A DNA stretch of 64,000 bases from Minisyncoccota bacterium. Its GTDB lineage: Bacteria; Patescibacteriota; Minisyncoccia; Phycocordibacterales; Phycocordibacteraceae. Of the stretch, positions 9,488 to 18,033 are shown piece by piece; the first letter of the stretch is position 1, and every line of letters begins with the position of its first letter. Below the pieces are notes generated by a model. The model had not been told where the DNA came from and did no database searches. It was given only the letters and a program-made list of their open reading frames with translations. Where the stretch lies: NCBI GenBank assembly GCA_035548315.1, contig DASZTF010000044.1:159615-223614 (forward strand), in the 5' to 3' direction. Position numbers and translations under genes: made by a program.

Positions 9488-9940
9488 ATGGCAATTCATG
9501 AATCGATCAAAGCAGGCATCCCCGCTGCAATGCGCGCGAAGGATGAGGTGACGCTGCGCACGCTGCGCTCCCTTACGACCGCAATGACCAATGAGGTCGT
9601 CGCGAAGAAGCGCAAGCCGGATGAATTCCTCACCGACGAGGAGGCTATCACCGTACTCAAGCGTGCGAGCAATCAGCGCAAGGACTCCATCGAGCAGTTT
9701 GATAAAGCCGGTCGCGCCGACCTTTCGGAGCCCGAGAAGGCGGAACTCGTCGTAATCGAGTCCTACCTCCCCGCCATGATGAGTCGCGAGGAAATTGAAA
9801 CGGTCGTGAAAGCGAAGATCGCAGAAATGGGTGCAGACAAATCAAAAGCCGGTATGCTGATAGGCGCCGTGATGAAGGAGCTCAAGGGCACGGCAGATGG
9901 CGGCGATGTAAAGGCCGTGGTGGGTGCCCTTCTCGGATAA
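9488..9940 (+). CDS. GatB/YqeY domain protein
   Basis: AMRAKD, QRKDSIEQF, YLP, GAVMKELKG.ADG pattern; start ATG 9488. Confidence 0.93.
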   Translation: MAIHESIKAGIPAAMRAKDEVTLRTLRSLTTAMTNEVVAKKRKPDEFLTDEEAITVLKRASNQRKDSIEQFDKAGRADLSEPEKAELVVIESYLPAMMSREEIETVVKAKIAEMGADKSKAGMLIGAVMKELKGTADGGDVKAVVGALLG

Positions 9941-9943
9941 GGT

Positions 9944-10345
9944 ATGAGGGGTGCGGAAGGCCAGCGTAAAAGAAAAACACCCGCAGCAGAAGGAATAGAC
10001 CCCGCTGGTTTTATTCCTGAACCCAAAGAGCGCCGCGATGAGAAGGGCGAAGTCATTCCATTCATAAGTCCCGTGCGCCGAGAAATGCTACGCCAAGAAG
10101 TTCAAAAGCGCATAGACAATGGTATGGATTTTTATAGTGCATTCGACGAAGCGTTTAATCGCAGCACGTTCTGGAAACACAACCTCGACCCCGAGTTGCT
10201 CGGCGCATACGCGACGGTGATCTTCGACTCCTACGGTAAGGAATACCGCCCGCAGGACGACTGGTTCCATAAAGACATCGCGCCGTATGTCGCTGAGGAA
10301 CGCGCGGCGATGGATAGCGAATTCAAGTCCCCTAGCGAGAGGTAG
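9944..10345 (+). CDS. Hypothetical protein
   Basis: 133-aa ORF starting 3 nt after the yqeY stop; plausible protein composition. Confidence 0.6.
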   Translation: MRGAEGQRKRKTPAAEGIDPAGFIPEPKERRDEKGEVIPFISPVRREMLRQEVQKRIDNGMDFYSAFDEAFNRSTFWKHNLDPELLGAYATVIFDSYGKEYRPQDDWFHKDIAPYVAEERAAMDSEFKSPSER

Positions 10346-10419
10346 GAAGTGTGATATAATGCGACCGGGCGTAGGGTAATGGTGGCTAACCTTAAGCAAA
10401 ACAAGTTAAGGGGGTTACC

Positions 10420-10788
10420 ATGAGTATCGAAATTCCTGCACTGATCCTCTATCCGACGAAGTTCGGAATGGGAGAGATATTGGTGGCAGCACGCCTGCCA
10501 CCGCTTGGGGATATGCCGATCAAAGAAGTGTCCCGCAAGCTTGAGTTCTTGGTCGGCAAGTACAAGCATGAGTACAACAGGATCCCGACGTTCGATTTGG
10601 ACGTAAGCTGCCCTCGTTGCCAATTGCTGCTCCCGGGCAACACTTTCACCTGGGCGCGCGAACGAGCAAACGAGCTCTCGGTACGACTCAGAATCAGCCT
10701 TAACGTGCCCAGCATGATGTGTGCCGTGCGGGGCGACAATAATGCCGTGCGTCGGGCTCTTTTCGAAGCGCATTCGGGAGTACACTGA
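10420..10788 (+). CDS. Hypothetical protein
   Basis: 122-aa ORF, AAGGGGG SD, TGATATAAT extended -10 at 10352-10360. Confidence 0.6.
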   Translation: MSIEIPALILYPTKFGMGEILVAARLPPLGDMPIKEVSRKLEFLVGKYKHEYNRIPTFDLDVSCPRCQLLLPGNTFTWARERANELSVRLRISLNVPSMMCAVRGDNNAVRRALFEAHSGVH

Positions 10789-10930
10789 CCATCGACACAC
10801 CGCACGTGTAGGAGTTGCTGCAGAATGCAGCGCTCCTCACGGGGCGGTTTTTGTTTTCCCCACCCTACTTGCGTTTTCTGTAGCATGTGCTATTCTGGAG
10901 ACGTTCTCAACCAACCAGGGGAGGCACTTC

Positions 10931-11317
10931 GTGCCAAAAAGAAAGCTCTTTGGAAAAACCAAGAACCGTTTTACAGACTCCGCGCTTGGGGAAACCCGAC
11001 CGCGCACGTTCTGGAAAACGACCGCAATCATCTTCCTCACCGGCGTGTGTATCGCGCTTGGTGTAGGGTTTGAGTCTGCAATGGAAGACATGCTCCCGAA
11101 CGTAGGCCGCTACCAGGACCTTCAGGTCCAGTACGGTCCCATCTTTCACGGAGCAATGAAAACCGAGATCGAGCGCGTGGCACGCACGATAGACCAAGAT
11201 TTGGCTATCTCGACCACCTGTCTCGTACTTCTCGGATTCTGTTTGATCTGGAACCTCGTGCTCATAACACGTCGTATCCTGATTCACGCCGCATGGCGTT
11301 CTCACGCGACTCGCTGA
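10931..11317 (+). CDS. Hypothetical two-TM membrane protein
   Basis: GTG start after GGAGG; basic N-terminus and two hydrophobic helices. Confidence 0.6.
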   Translation: MPKRKLFGKTKNRFTDSALGETRPRTFWKTTAIIFLTGVCIALGVGFESAMEDMLPNVGRYQDLQVQYGPIFHGAMKTEIERVARTIDQDLAISTTCLVLLGFCLIWNLVLITRRILIHAAWRSHATR

Positions 11318-11370
11318 TTGCGGACCCGGTCCGCAATGCTACGATTCACCATCAACTAATGGAGGTATCC

Positions 11371-11418
11371 ATGGTACATGCTTATGTATGTCACATCACT
11401 ACCAACGTTCTTGTATGA
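11371..11418 (+). CDS. Candidate 15-aa peptide MVHAYVCHITTNVLV
   Basis: GGAGGT SD at 11361-11366, TGCTACGAT extended -10 at 11337-11345, downstream hairpin. Confidence 0.4.
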   Translation: MVHAYVCHITTNVLV

Positions 11419-11494
11419 ATGAACCGCACAGTGTTGCGGACCGTTTACGTTCTACTTCATTTCCCCGCCCCTTTCTGGTATAAAAAGAGCACTT

Positions 11495-11566
11495 GGCCCT
11501 ATCGTCTAACGGTTAGGACGGAGCCTTCTCAAGGCTTAAATCGGGGTTCGATTCCCCGTAGGGTCA
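11495..11566 (+). tRNA. tRNA-Glu (anticodon CTC), CCA not encoded
   Basis: Cloverleaf GGCCCTA...TAGGGTC-A, anticodon arm GAGCC-TTCTCAA-GGCTT, T-loop GGTTCGATTCC. Confidence 0.95.
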
Positions 11567-11571
11567 CATTC

Positions 11572-11600
11572 TTGACGTCTAAGTTTAAATAATGTATAGT
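11572..11600 (+). promoter_or_regulatory. Sigma70 promoter
   Basis: TTGACG-17 nt-TATAGT. Confidence 0.75.
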
Positions 11601-11691
11601 TAAATAGTCACGACTGCTGAAGAATGGTCTTTACGCGTCGATGACAAGCTCCCCGATTATCCGGGACAGCTCTCACACTGGAGAAATCCAC

Positions 11692-12378
11692 ATGAGTCGT
11701 TCATCACCGACTGCAGGTCAAATTCGTAAATTCTTGGATCTCCTCGAGCAGCATGGAGTCACGAGAGAGAATTTCCAGAAACGTCTCAGCTCTGCAGCAC
11801 TCGCCGATCTTTTCAATCCCGCAGCCGACCTCGAAGACTACGAGGCATGGCGCCTCGCACTCAAGCTCGGCATCGTGATGCCGGACGTTTTCACTATCCC
11901 CGTTGACTACGGTCTCTCCCCTGCTCAAATGATCGAGCTCGGTCACTACGACGGCCCGTATGGCCACGAAGACCGCGTGTCGTTCGAGGGCAAGGGGAAG
12001 GTCGAATTCGAAGCTCGGTACTTTCACTTCGCGGAAAGAAAGCCGAACGCTGAGGTATTCGAAGCTATGGTTACCGCCGACGCGCGGAATCAATGGTCGC
12101 CGGCAGGAGTTGAGCATCTGCTTTCTTTCGGCATCAAGTATCCCCATGAGCAGCGCAAGTTCAAGGTCGTTGCACTGGCTAATCCCGTACCCGTCAGAGA
12201 AAATGAGCAGCTTGGGAGTAGCATTAGTTACTTTTCCCTCGGAATGTCAGGACCCAAGTATGATAGTGGACGTCAGAGGGTTTTCTGCTCTGAGTACTAC
12301 TCGGAAACCGGGTTCAATCTGAGGTTCTGGGAACCGAATATACGCTTTTTAGCGGTCCGGAAACCACGGGTAGCTTGA
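11692..12378 (+). CDS. Hypothetical protein resembling a recurrent CPR family (VDY..S..QMI..G.YD...EHLL.FG.KYP.EQRK..VVAL)
   Basis: 228-aa ORF, GGAGA SD, own promoter and terminator. Confidence 0.8.
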   Translation: MSRSSPTAGQIRKFLDLLEQHGVTRENFQKRLSSAALADLFNPAADLEDYEAWRLALKLGIVMPDVFTIPVDYGLSPAQMIELGHYDGPYGHEDRVSFEGKGKVEFEARYFHFAERKPNAEVFEAMVTADARNQWSPAGVEHLLSFGIKYPHEQRKFKVVALANPVPVRENEQLGSSISYFSLGMSGPKYDSGRQRVFCSEYYSETGFNLRFWEPNIRFLAVRKPRVA

Positions 12379-12392
12379 GACAAACAATTCAA

Positions 12393-12425
12393 AACGGGCG
12401 CCGACAAAGAGAGTCGGTGCCCGTT
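12393..12425. terminator. Intrinsic terminator between convergent genes
   Basis: AACGGGCGCCGAC-7 nt-GTCGGTGCCCGTT. Confidence 0.8.
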
Positions 12426-12445
12426 CTAATTTATTGCCACGATCG

Positions 12446-12886
12446 TTACCACAATATTGTCCCCTCGTTATTTACTTGAATTGAGGTTGAGGCATCACCT
12501 TGGGACAGATCAATCTCGGCTGGAGAGGTGGTGCCGGAGAGCTGCGTGAATATGATCTCGTTTCCTGAACCGCAGGTTGGAACACCGGAAACGATGACGC
12601 TCGCGGACTTGGTTCCGTACTCTTCCTTCGCATTGCTCGCGTAGGGTGATCTGAATACTTCATATACACCGATCGCGTCATAGCAGAAACCATGCGGAAC
12701 ATTGCTGTCGTTCCCCATCGCGCGGCTGCGCGCTCGAGAAAGCAGCGCCACGATGAGATCTCGTTCTCCCGTGATGTTTGCGCGGGAGTACGGGAAGAAC
12801 GTGCTCCGTATCCCAAGACCCAGCACGATGCCTAATAGCGCGAGCGTCACGAGCACCTCAAGGAGGGTAAATCCGCTAGCGCGCAT
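12446..12886 (-). CDS. Type IV pilin / pseudopilin
   Basis: Class III signal peptide MRASG|FTLLEVLVTLALLGI. Confidence 0.9.
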   Translation of the reverse strand: MRASGFTLLEVLVTLALLGIVLGLGIRSTFFPYSRANITGERDLIVALLSRARSRAMGNDSNVPHGFCYDAIGVYEVFRSPYASNAKEEYGTKSASVIVSGVPTCGSGNEIIFTQLSGTTSPAEIDLSQGDASTSIQVNNEGTILW

Positions 12887-13931
12887 TGAGGTGCTGCGTG
12901 ATTTCATACATCGGCGTGATCATGGATATGGCGACGAACCCGACGATGCTTCCCATTGCGATCATGAGTGCGGGCTCGACGAGCGCCGTGATCCTCCGCG
13001 TCTGCTCTTCCACTTCCTCGGCGTAGTACGTCGCCAGGTACGCGAGGCTTTCGAGGAGCGAACCGCTCGACTCTCCTACCTGGGTCATGTGAGCCACTAG
13101 ACTTGGGAACACGTGTGGGAGCGCGCGTAGCGGTGCGCCGAGCCCGACCCCACGCTCCACAGCGTCTGCAAGTGCAGCGAGCGCCCCGCGGTGGCGCTCG
13201 CTGCGGACCGTGCTGCGTGCATGGGTCAGTGCTTCCCGGAGCGGCATACCGCTCTGGAGCAGCAGCGCGAGTATGCGCGTGAGGGTCGCGAGTGCGTAGG
13301 CATCATAGAGCGGTCCGAGTAATGGCGTGTAGTGCAGCACTGCCTCGCTCCATAGTCGTACGGTGCGTACCCGCCGCACGAGCAGCACCAGTGCGATCCC
13401 TACGCCTGCCGCCACGATGCCGGTCACGAGTCCCCACGCACGGAGGTAGTCGCTTAACGCAAGCACCAGCCTGGTAGAGAGTGGCAGCGAGACGCTGAGT
13501 CCCGCGAATACCGGCACGATTTTGGGGAATATAAACAGGACGAGTCCTCCGGTGAGCATGATAGTCGCGACGGCGATGACGGCCGGATACATAAGCGCCC
13601 CGATGATTTTATTGCGCAGCGTAGCCGCACTTGCGAGCTCGTGGGCCAGGTAGTGGAGATTGGGCGCGAGCGAGCCGCTCGCCTCCCCCACCCCGATCAC
13701 CGCAATACTAAACGCACCCACCAGTCCGGTACGCTCGAGGCTCGCGGCGAGCGTCTGCCCCGCTGCGATAGACTCTGCAGCACCTGCGATGGCCGCGCGC
13801 ACGCGGGTGCCGTGCAGCTGACTACCGAGCAGCGTGAGCGCATCGGTAAGCGGCATACCGGCTTCAAGAAGGAACGAAAGTCGCTTCATAAAGAACGCTT
13901 CTTCCCGCCCGCCGAGGCGCCGACTACTCAT
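12876..13931 (-). CDS. PilC/GspF-family pilus platform protein
   Basis: Two T2SSF repeats (LLEAGMPL...GEASGSL; LLQSGMPL...GESSGSL), YP motif, EPALM. Confidence 0.93.
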   Translation of the reverse strand: MSSRRLGGREEAFFMKRLSFLLEAGMPLTDALTLLGSQLHGTRVRAAIAGAAESIAAGQTLAASLERTGLVGAFSIAVIGVGEASGSLAPNLHYLAHELASAATLRNKIIGALMYPAVIAVATIMLTGGLVLFIFPKIVPVFAGLSVSLPLSTRLVLALSDYLRAWGLVTGIVAAGVGIALVLLVRRVRTVRLWSEAVLHYTPLLGPLYDAYALATLTRILALLLQSGMPLREALTHARSTVRSERHRGALAALADAVERGVGLGAPLRALPHVFPSLVAHMTQVGESSGSLLESLAYLATYYAEEVEEQTRRITALVEPALMIAMGSIVGFVAISMITPMYEITQHLNAR

Positions 13932-15045
13932 ACGCGGCGCGGAGCACTTCCTCGTGCGTGGTGATGCCGGCGGCGACTTTCTCCCTGCCGTCCTCTGCGA
14001 GGGTGGTCATGCCTTCTTCGCGTGCGATCGCAGCCATTTCATGGGCGGGTGCTGTCCGCGCGATCGCATCGCGCATCCGGTCCCGTACGGTGAGCACTTC
14101 ATGCAGGGCGATACGACCGCAGTACCCACTGCCGTTACAGGGCTCGCATCCCGTGCCTGCGCACGCGGTGCATACCCGCCGTACGAGCCTTTGTGCGATG
14201 ACGAGCTCGACCGTGCTCGCAAGGAGGTAGGGTGCTACGCCCATATCCAGGAGGCGCGGCAGCGAAGTCACTGCGTCCGTGGTGTGCAGCGTGGAGAGCA
14301 TGAGGTGCCCGGTGAGTGCAGTATTGACCGCGATCGCGGCAGTCTCTTCGTCGCGCACTTCGCCCACCATCATGACGTCGGGGTCCTGGCGCAGGAGCGC
14401 CCGGAGCCCGTGGGCGAAGGAAAGTCCCGTACGATGGTTCACCTGGATCTGGCGGACGCTAGGAATCGCGTACTCGATGGGGTCCTCGATGGTGACGATG
14501 AGCCGCTCGGGAGCGACGAGCATCCCGATGAGCGTGTAGAGTGTGGTGGTCTTCCCCGAGCCAGTCGGCCCCGTGGCGAGCACCATGCCGCCTGGTCGCT
14601 CGATCGCGTGAGTGATCGCCGCTACGGCGACATCGCTGAATCCGAGCGAGGCAAGCGTGGGAGATTTCTGAGTACTTGTAAGAAGACGCAGCACGGCATT
14701 CTCGCCGTGATACGTGGGCACCACGGAGACTCGTACATCGATCCAGGTGCCATCGGCAAAGGTATGCCGGAACCGTCCATCTTGCGCGGCGTTGTGTTCG
14801 TCGGTACGTAGATTCGCGAGGACTTTGATGCGCGAGATTACCTCCCCATGGGTATGCGGCGGCAGTGTGTGCCGATCCAGAAGGAGTCCATCGACCCGCA
14901 CCCGCACCCGAATGCCTTCGGGGGTCGGATCGAGGTGCAGGTCAGACGCACGCAGGGCATGCGCTTCTTCGATGAGCATCGAGACGAGGGAGACGATAGA
15001 CACGCTCCGCTCGCCCTGCCGCGTGACCGGTGCGAGCGGTGGCAT
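13924..15045 (-). CDS. PilB/GspE-family assembly ATPase (short form)
   Basis: ASDLHL, QDGRF, GPTGSGKTTT, TIEDPIEY, LRQDPDVMMVGEVRD, TGHLMLSTLH. Confidence 0.95.
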   Translation of the reverse strand: MPPLAPVTRQGERSVSIVSLVSMLIEEAHALRASDLHLDPTPEGIRVRVRVDGLLLDRHTLPPHTHGEVISRIKVLANLRTDEHNAAQDGRFRHTFADGTWIDVRVSVVPTYHGENAVLRLLTSTQKSPTLASLGFSDVAVAAITHAIERPGGMVLATGPTGSGKTTTLYTLIGMLVAPERLIVTIEDPIEYAIPSVRQIQVNHRTGLSFAHGLRALLRQDPDVMMVGEVRDEETAAIAVNTALTGHLMLSTLHTTDAVTSLPRLLDMGVAPYLLASTVELVIAQRLVRRVCTACAGTGCEPCNGSGYCGRIALHEVLTVRDRMRDAIARTAPAHEMAAIAREEGMTTLAEDGREKVAAGITTHEEVLRAAYE

Positions 15046-15063
15046 GGGCTTCTCGTGAGCATA

Positions 15064-15102
15064 GCAAAACCGCCCCCAGCTTTTGGCCGAGAGCGGTTTT
15101 GT
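15064..15102 (-). terminator. Probable terminator
   Basis: CAAAACCGC...GCGGTTTTG inverted repeat. Confidence 0.55.
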
Positions 15103-15129
15103 CTGTGGAGACTAGTGTCCCAGAATTGG

Positions 15130-15714
15130 TTAGCGTGCTGCCACTTCAGTCGAGGTAGCTGCCGGGATGACCCCGCCCTCTGCGACCATCTTCGCAAGCG
15201 CTGCCTGCGTCGACGGGACGTCGGAGAGCTTCATGAAGCCGACCACCTGGACCGTGACGTTGTCACAGATACCAAGGACGCGGCTCGGATTCTTGGGTAC
15301 GCCACCGCTCATAATCGTGTCGTCCTGGTCGAGGAGCACGTCCACGCGCTTGGTAAAGCGGGAGTTCATGCTGTCGCCGATGACGCGATACCCGATGAGG
15401 GGTTCGACGGCGTCGTAGCCACAATCCGCCGAGTCGGCACCCGGGGCGCGATTGATCGCGACCACGGTACCGAACGGAAGGTCATGAGCCAAGTCTACCG
15501 AGCGGGCCGCAATGACGTCGGGGTTAGAGCGGAGACCGCTCGCCGTCGTCATCGGGTCACCGTCCGTCTGGCCTACCACGGCGTTATACGAGGTAAGCGT
15601 GACGGAGTAACTCGGAAGCGCAAGCGGCACGGGGGCCGCGGGCGCAGATGCCGCATGGGCACCTGACATAATAAAAAATCCAGCCACAAGAGCTGAAGCG
15701 ATAAGTGTTGACAT
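15130..15714 (-). CDS. Secreted 3D-domain (lytic transglycosylase-like) protein
   Basis: Signal peptide; TSYNA..GQTDGDP.TTASG, IAA.S.D...LPFGT, DSMNSRF..RVD. Confidence 0.85.
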   Translation of the reverse strand: MSTLIASALVAGFFIMSGAHAASAPAAPVPLALPSYSVTLTSYNAVVGQTDGDPMTTASGLRSNPDVIAARSVDLAHDLPFGTVVAINRAPGADSADCGYDAVEPLIGYRVIGDSMNSRFTKRVDVLLDQDDTIMSGGVPKNPSRVLGICDNVTVQVVGFMKLSDVPSTQAALAKMVAEGGVIPAATSTEVAAR

Positions 15715-15743
15715 AGCACGAAACCAATTGGCTTCGTATCACC

Positions 15744-15772
15744 ATATTAGCACATATCCTGTCAATAGTCAA
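15744..15772 (-). promoter_or_regulatory. Sigma70 promoter
   Basis: TTGACT-17 nt-TAATAT with TGn extension. Confidence 0.6.
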
Positions 15773-15866
15773 TGGGTCCAATTGCCCCATTTGGGAGACA
15801 GGGGTCGAGAATATGGCTTAAAATCTCGCTATTTTTGTCTTCTCCGTAAACTCATTTTGCCCATTT

Positions 15867-16970
15867 TTACCGGGCTACCCGCTTCTTATGGGCGGCTATG
15901 TTGAGGATTATGCCCACCGCAGAGAGGGCGGCAAGCAGCGCAGTGCCTCCGTGGCTCACAAATGGCAGTGGCAGGCCGGTAAGAGGCAGTACGCCGAGCA
16001 TGGCGCCTATATTCAGGAAGGCGGAAAGTACGATCATAAGGGTGAGTCCGGTGGCTATATAGGTGCCGGCCAGGTTCCCGGACTCTGAGGCGATCTTGAG
16101 GCCGCGCGCGGCGAACGCCACGAAGATCATAAGCAGGATGACTCCCCCGATGAAGCCAAACTCCTCTGCGAATACGGCAAATACGGAGTCGTCGGTGGCC
16201 TCCGGCAGGTAGTTGAATTTCTCCACGCTCTGGCCGAATCCCCTGCCCATGATGCCGCCCGACCCTATGGCGATGAGCGACTGCTGGATCTGGTAGCCTG
16301 AGGTCAGCGCATTATCTGAAGGATGCATAAAGGTCTCGATACGCTGGAGGAGGTAGGGCCGGATGAGGATCAGCGCTCCAAGCCCTATGAGGGCTATGAG
16401 CACCAGGAGCCCAATATCGCGCCACGGGGCGCCAGCCAGGAGGTACATGGCGACGCACGTGGCCGACAGGATAAGGGCAGTGGAGGTGTTGGGCTGGAGC
16501 AGGAGGAGCGCTACGGGCACTCCCACGATGACCACGAATGGCACGAGCCCCGATCGCCAATTGGAGACCCGGTTCTTAGCGTAGGCCAAGTACCCCCCGA
16601 ACATAAGGATGGTGCCAATTTTGAGGAACTCTGCCGGCTGGAAGGTAGCAAATCCGAGGTTGAGCCAGCGGGAGGCGCCATTGGTATGCACCCCGATCCC
16701 CGGCATGAACACGAGTACCGTAAGAAACAGCATGAATAGATAGAACGGGAGGGTACCCTTGGCGATCCATTTTGAAGGCATAAAGCGCAGTACGAGAAGC
16801 GCGATGAGGCCGGGGATGAGGCCGAGCACGAGCTGGGTCTCGGCGATACGCACCACCGACGCGTTCTCGCGGGCGAGGAGGCCAAGCGAGGCCGAAAAGA
16901 ATATCGCGAGACCGCCGAGTACCAATATCGCCACAATAGCGACGAACACCCGATCTCCGAGGAGCTTCAT
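15867..16970 (-). CDS. ftsW: SEDS peptidoglycan polymerase FtsW
   Basis: NGASRWL, FQPAEFLK, GYQIQQS.IAIGSGG, LPEATDD, GLPLPFVSHGG; adjacent to mraY. Confidence 0.9.
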   Translation of the reverse strand: MKLLGDRVFVAIVAILVLGGLAIFFSASLGLLARENASVVRIAETQLVLGLIPGLIALLVLRFMPSKWIAKGTLPFYLFMLFLTVLVFMPGIGVHTNGASRWLNLGFATFQPAEFLKIGTILMFGGYLAYAKNRVSNWRSGLVPFVVIVGVPVALLLLQPNTSTALILSATCVAMYLLAGAPWRDIGLLVLIALIGLGALILIRPYLLQRIETFMHPSDNALTSGYQIQQSLIAIGSGGIMGRGFGQSVEKFNYLPEATDDSVFAVFAEEFGFIGGVILLMIFVAFAARGLKIASESGNLAGTYIATGLTLMIVLSAFLNIGAMLGVLPLTGLPLPFVSHGGTALLAALSAVGIILNIAAHKKRVAR

Positions 16971-16974
16971 CCTC

Positions 16975-18033
16975 CTATTTTAGCAGAGCCAGGGAGAGAC
17001 CGAAGGCACCGGCGATGATGGTGATAATCCAGTAGCGCATGGTGACCTTGTAGGGCGGCCAGCCGACGGCTTCAAAATGGTGATGGATGGGAGCGACGCG
17101 GAACAGTTTGCGTTTGAGTACCACTTTCCAGAACACCTGGAGTACGCTTGAAAGCACCGTGGCCGTGAGCGGGAGTGCGAGGATGGGCAGCACGAACACC
17201 CCCACCCCATCGCCGAGCGTATCAGCAGAGAACGCGGTGACGGTGAGTGCGAGGGTGAGCGCCATAGTGCCGGTCTCTGATAAATAGAAACGCGCAGGAG
17301 GAATGTTGAACCACAGGAACGCCAGAATGGCGCCCGAGACCGCGGCCGAGAATGCGGCAAGCGCGATCTGGTCTTGCATGAATGCGATTCCGGCATATGC
17401 CATGAATACGATGCCGAACACACCGCCCGCAAGCCCGTCGATGCCGTCGATAATGCCGCCCGCGTACACAAAGAGCGCTACGAGAATGAAGAACGGTATG
17501 AAAAGCGGGCCGAGCTCAAGCGGTGTGCCGAACGGAATGCCGATCGAATCGACCGCGAGCTTTGCGTAGAACCACCACCCACAGAAACCAGAAATGGCGG
17601 CGACGATGATGAGCCGCGTGCGCAGCGGGAGCCCGCCGACCGACTGGGAGACTTCGAGCACATCGTCCACGAGGCCTACGAGTGCGCCGAGCCCGAGCGC
17701 AAAGAGCGGAAGCCAGGTCTGGCTGCGGGCGATGAAGTCAAGCGTCGAGAATGGTTCGCCGAAGAGATTGCCGAGTGTCCAGATACCGAGCGCGGTGACG
17801 AGGATCGCCACCCAGATCAAGATGCCACCCATGCGGGGCGTCGATACTTCGCGCTCTTTGTGGAGCTCGTCGAATATGGGTGTGCCACCGCCACCGATAC
17901 CCTTACCCTTCCCTGCGCGCTTCTTCCAGGCCTTGTGCTTATAGAGGTAGTGCGTGAGTATCGGTGCTGCAGCGATACCTATCGCGAAGGCGACGACCGC
18001 TGGGATGAGCACACGTGCAGCATCTACAATCAT
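16975..18033 (-). CDS. mraY: Phospho-N-acetylmuramoyl-pentapeptide transferase
   Basis: TPRMGG, GLVDD, IDGIDGL, FLWFNIPPA, APIHHHFE. Confidence 0.95.
   Translation of the reverse strand: MIVDAARVLIPAVVAFAIGIAAAPILTHYLYKHKAWKKRAGKGKGIGGGGTPIFDELHKEREVSTPRMGGILIWVAILVTALGIWTLGNLFGEPFSTLDFIARSQTWLPLFALGLGALVGLVDDVLEVSQSVGGLPLRTRLIIVAAISGFCGWWFYAKLAVDSIGIPFGTPLELGPLFIPFFILVALFVYAGGIIDGIDGLAGGVFGIVFMAYAGIAFMQDQIALAAFSAAVSGAILAFLWFNIPPARFYLSETGTMALTLALTVTAFSADTLGDGVGVFVLPILALPLTATVLSSVLQVFWKVVLKRKLFRVAPIHHHFEAVGWPPYKVTMRYWIITIIAGAFGLSLALLK

Noticed and set aside
10374-10420. Fluoride riboswitch-like start GGTAATGGTGGCTAACC
   Set aside because: Lacks the downstream TRATGAC pseudoknot segment, and no crcB-type gene follows.
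11416-11500. UGA readthrough (genetic code 25) extending the 15-aa ORF
   Set aside because: Clear genes here (e.g. cysS, mnmA, mltG) end in TGA, and the extension would run into the tRNA.
11495-12378. Prophage or integrative element at tRNA-Glu
   Set aside because: No integrase, phage genes or att-like duplication of the tRNA 3' end seen.
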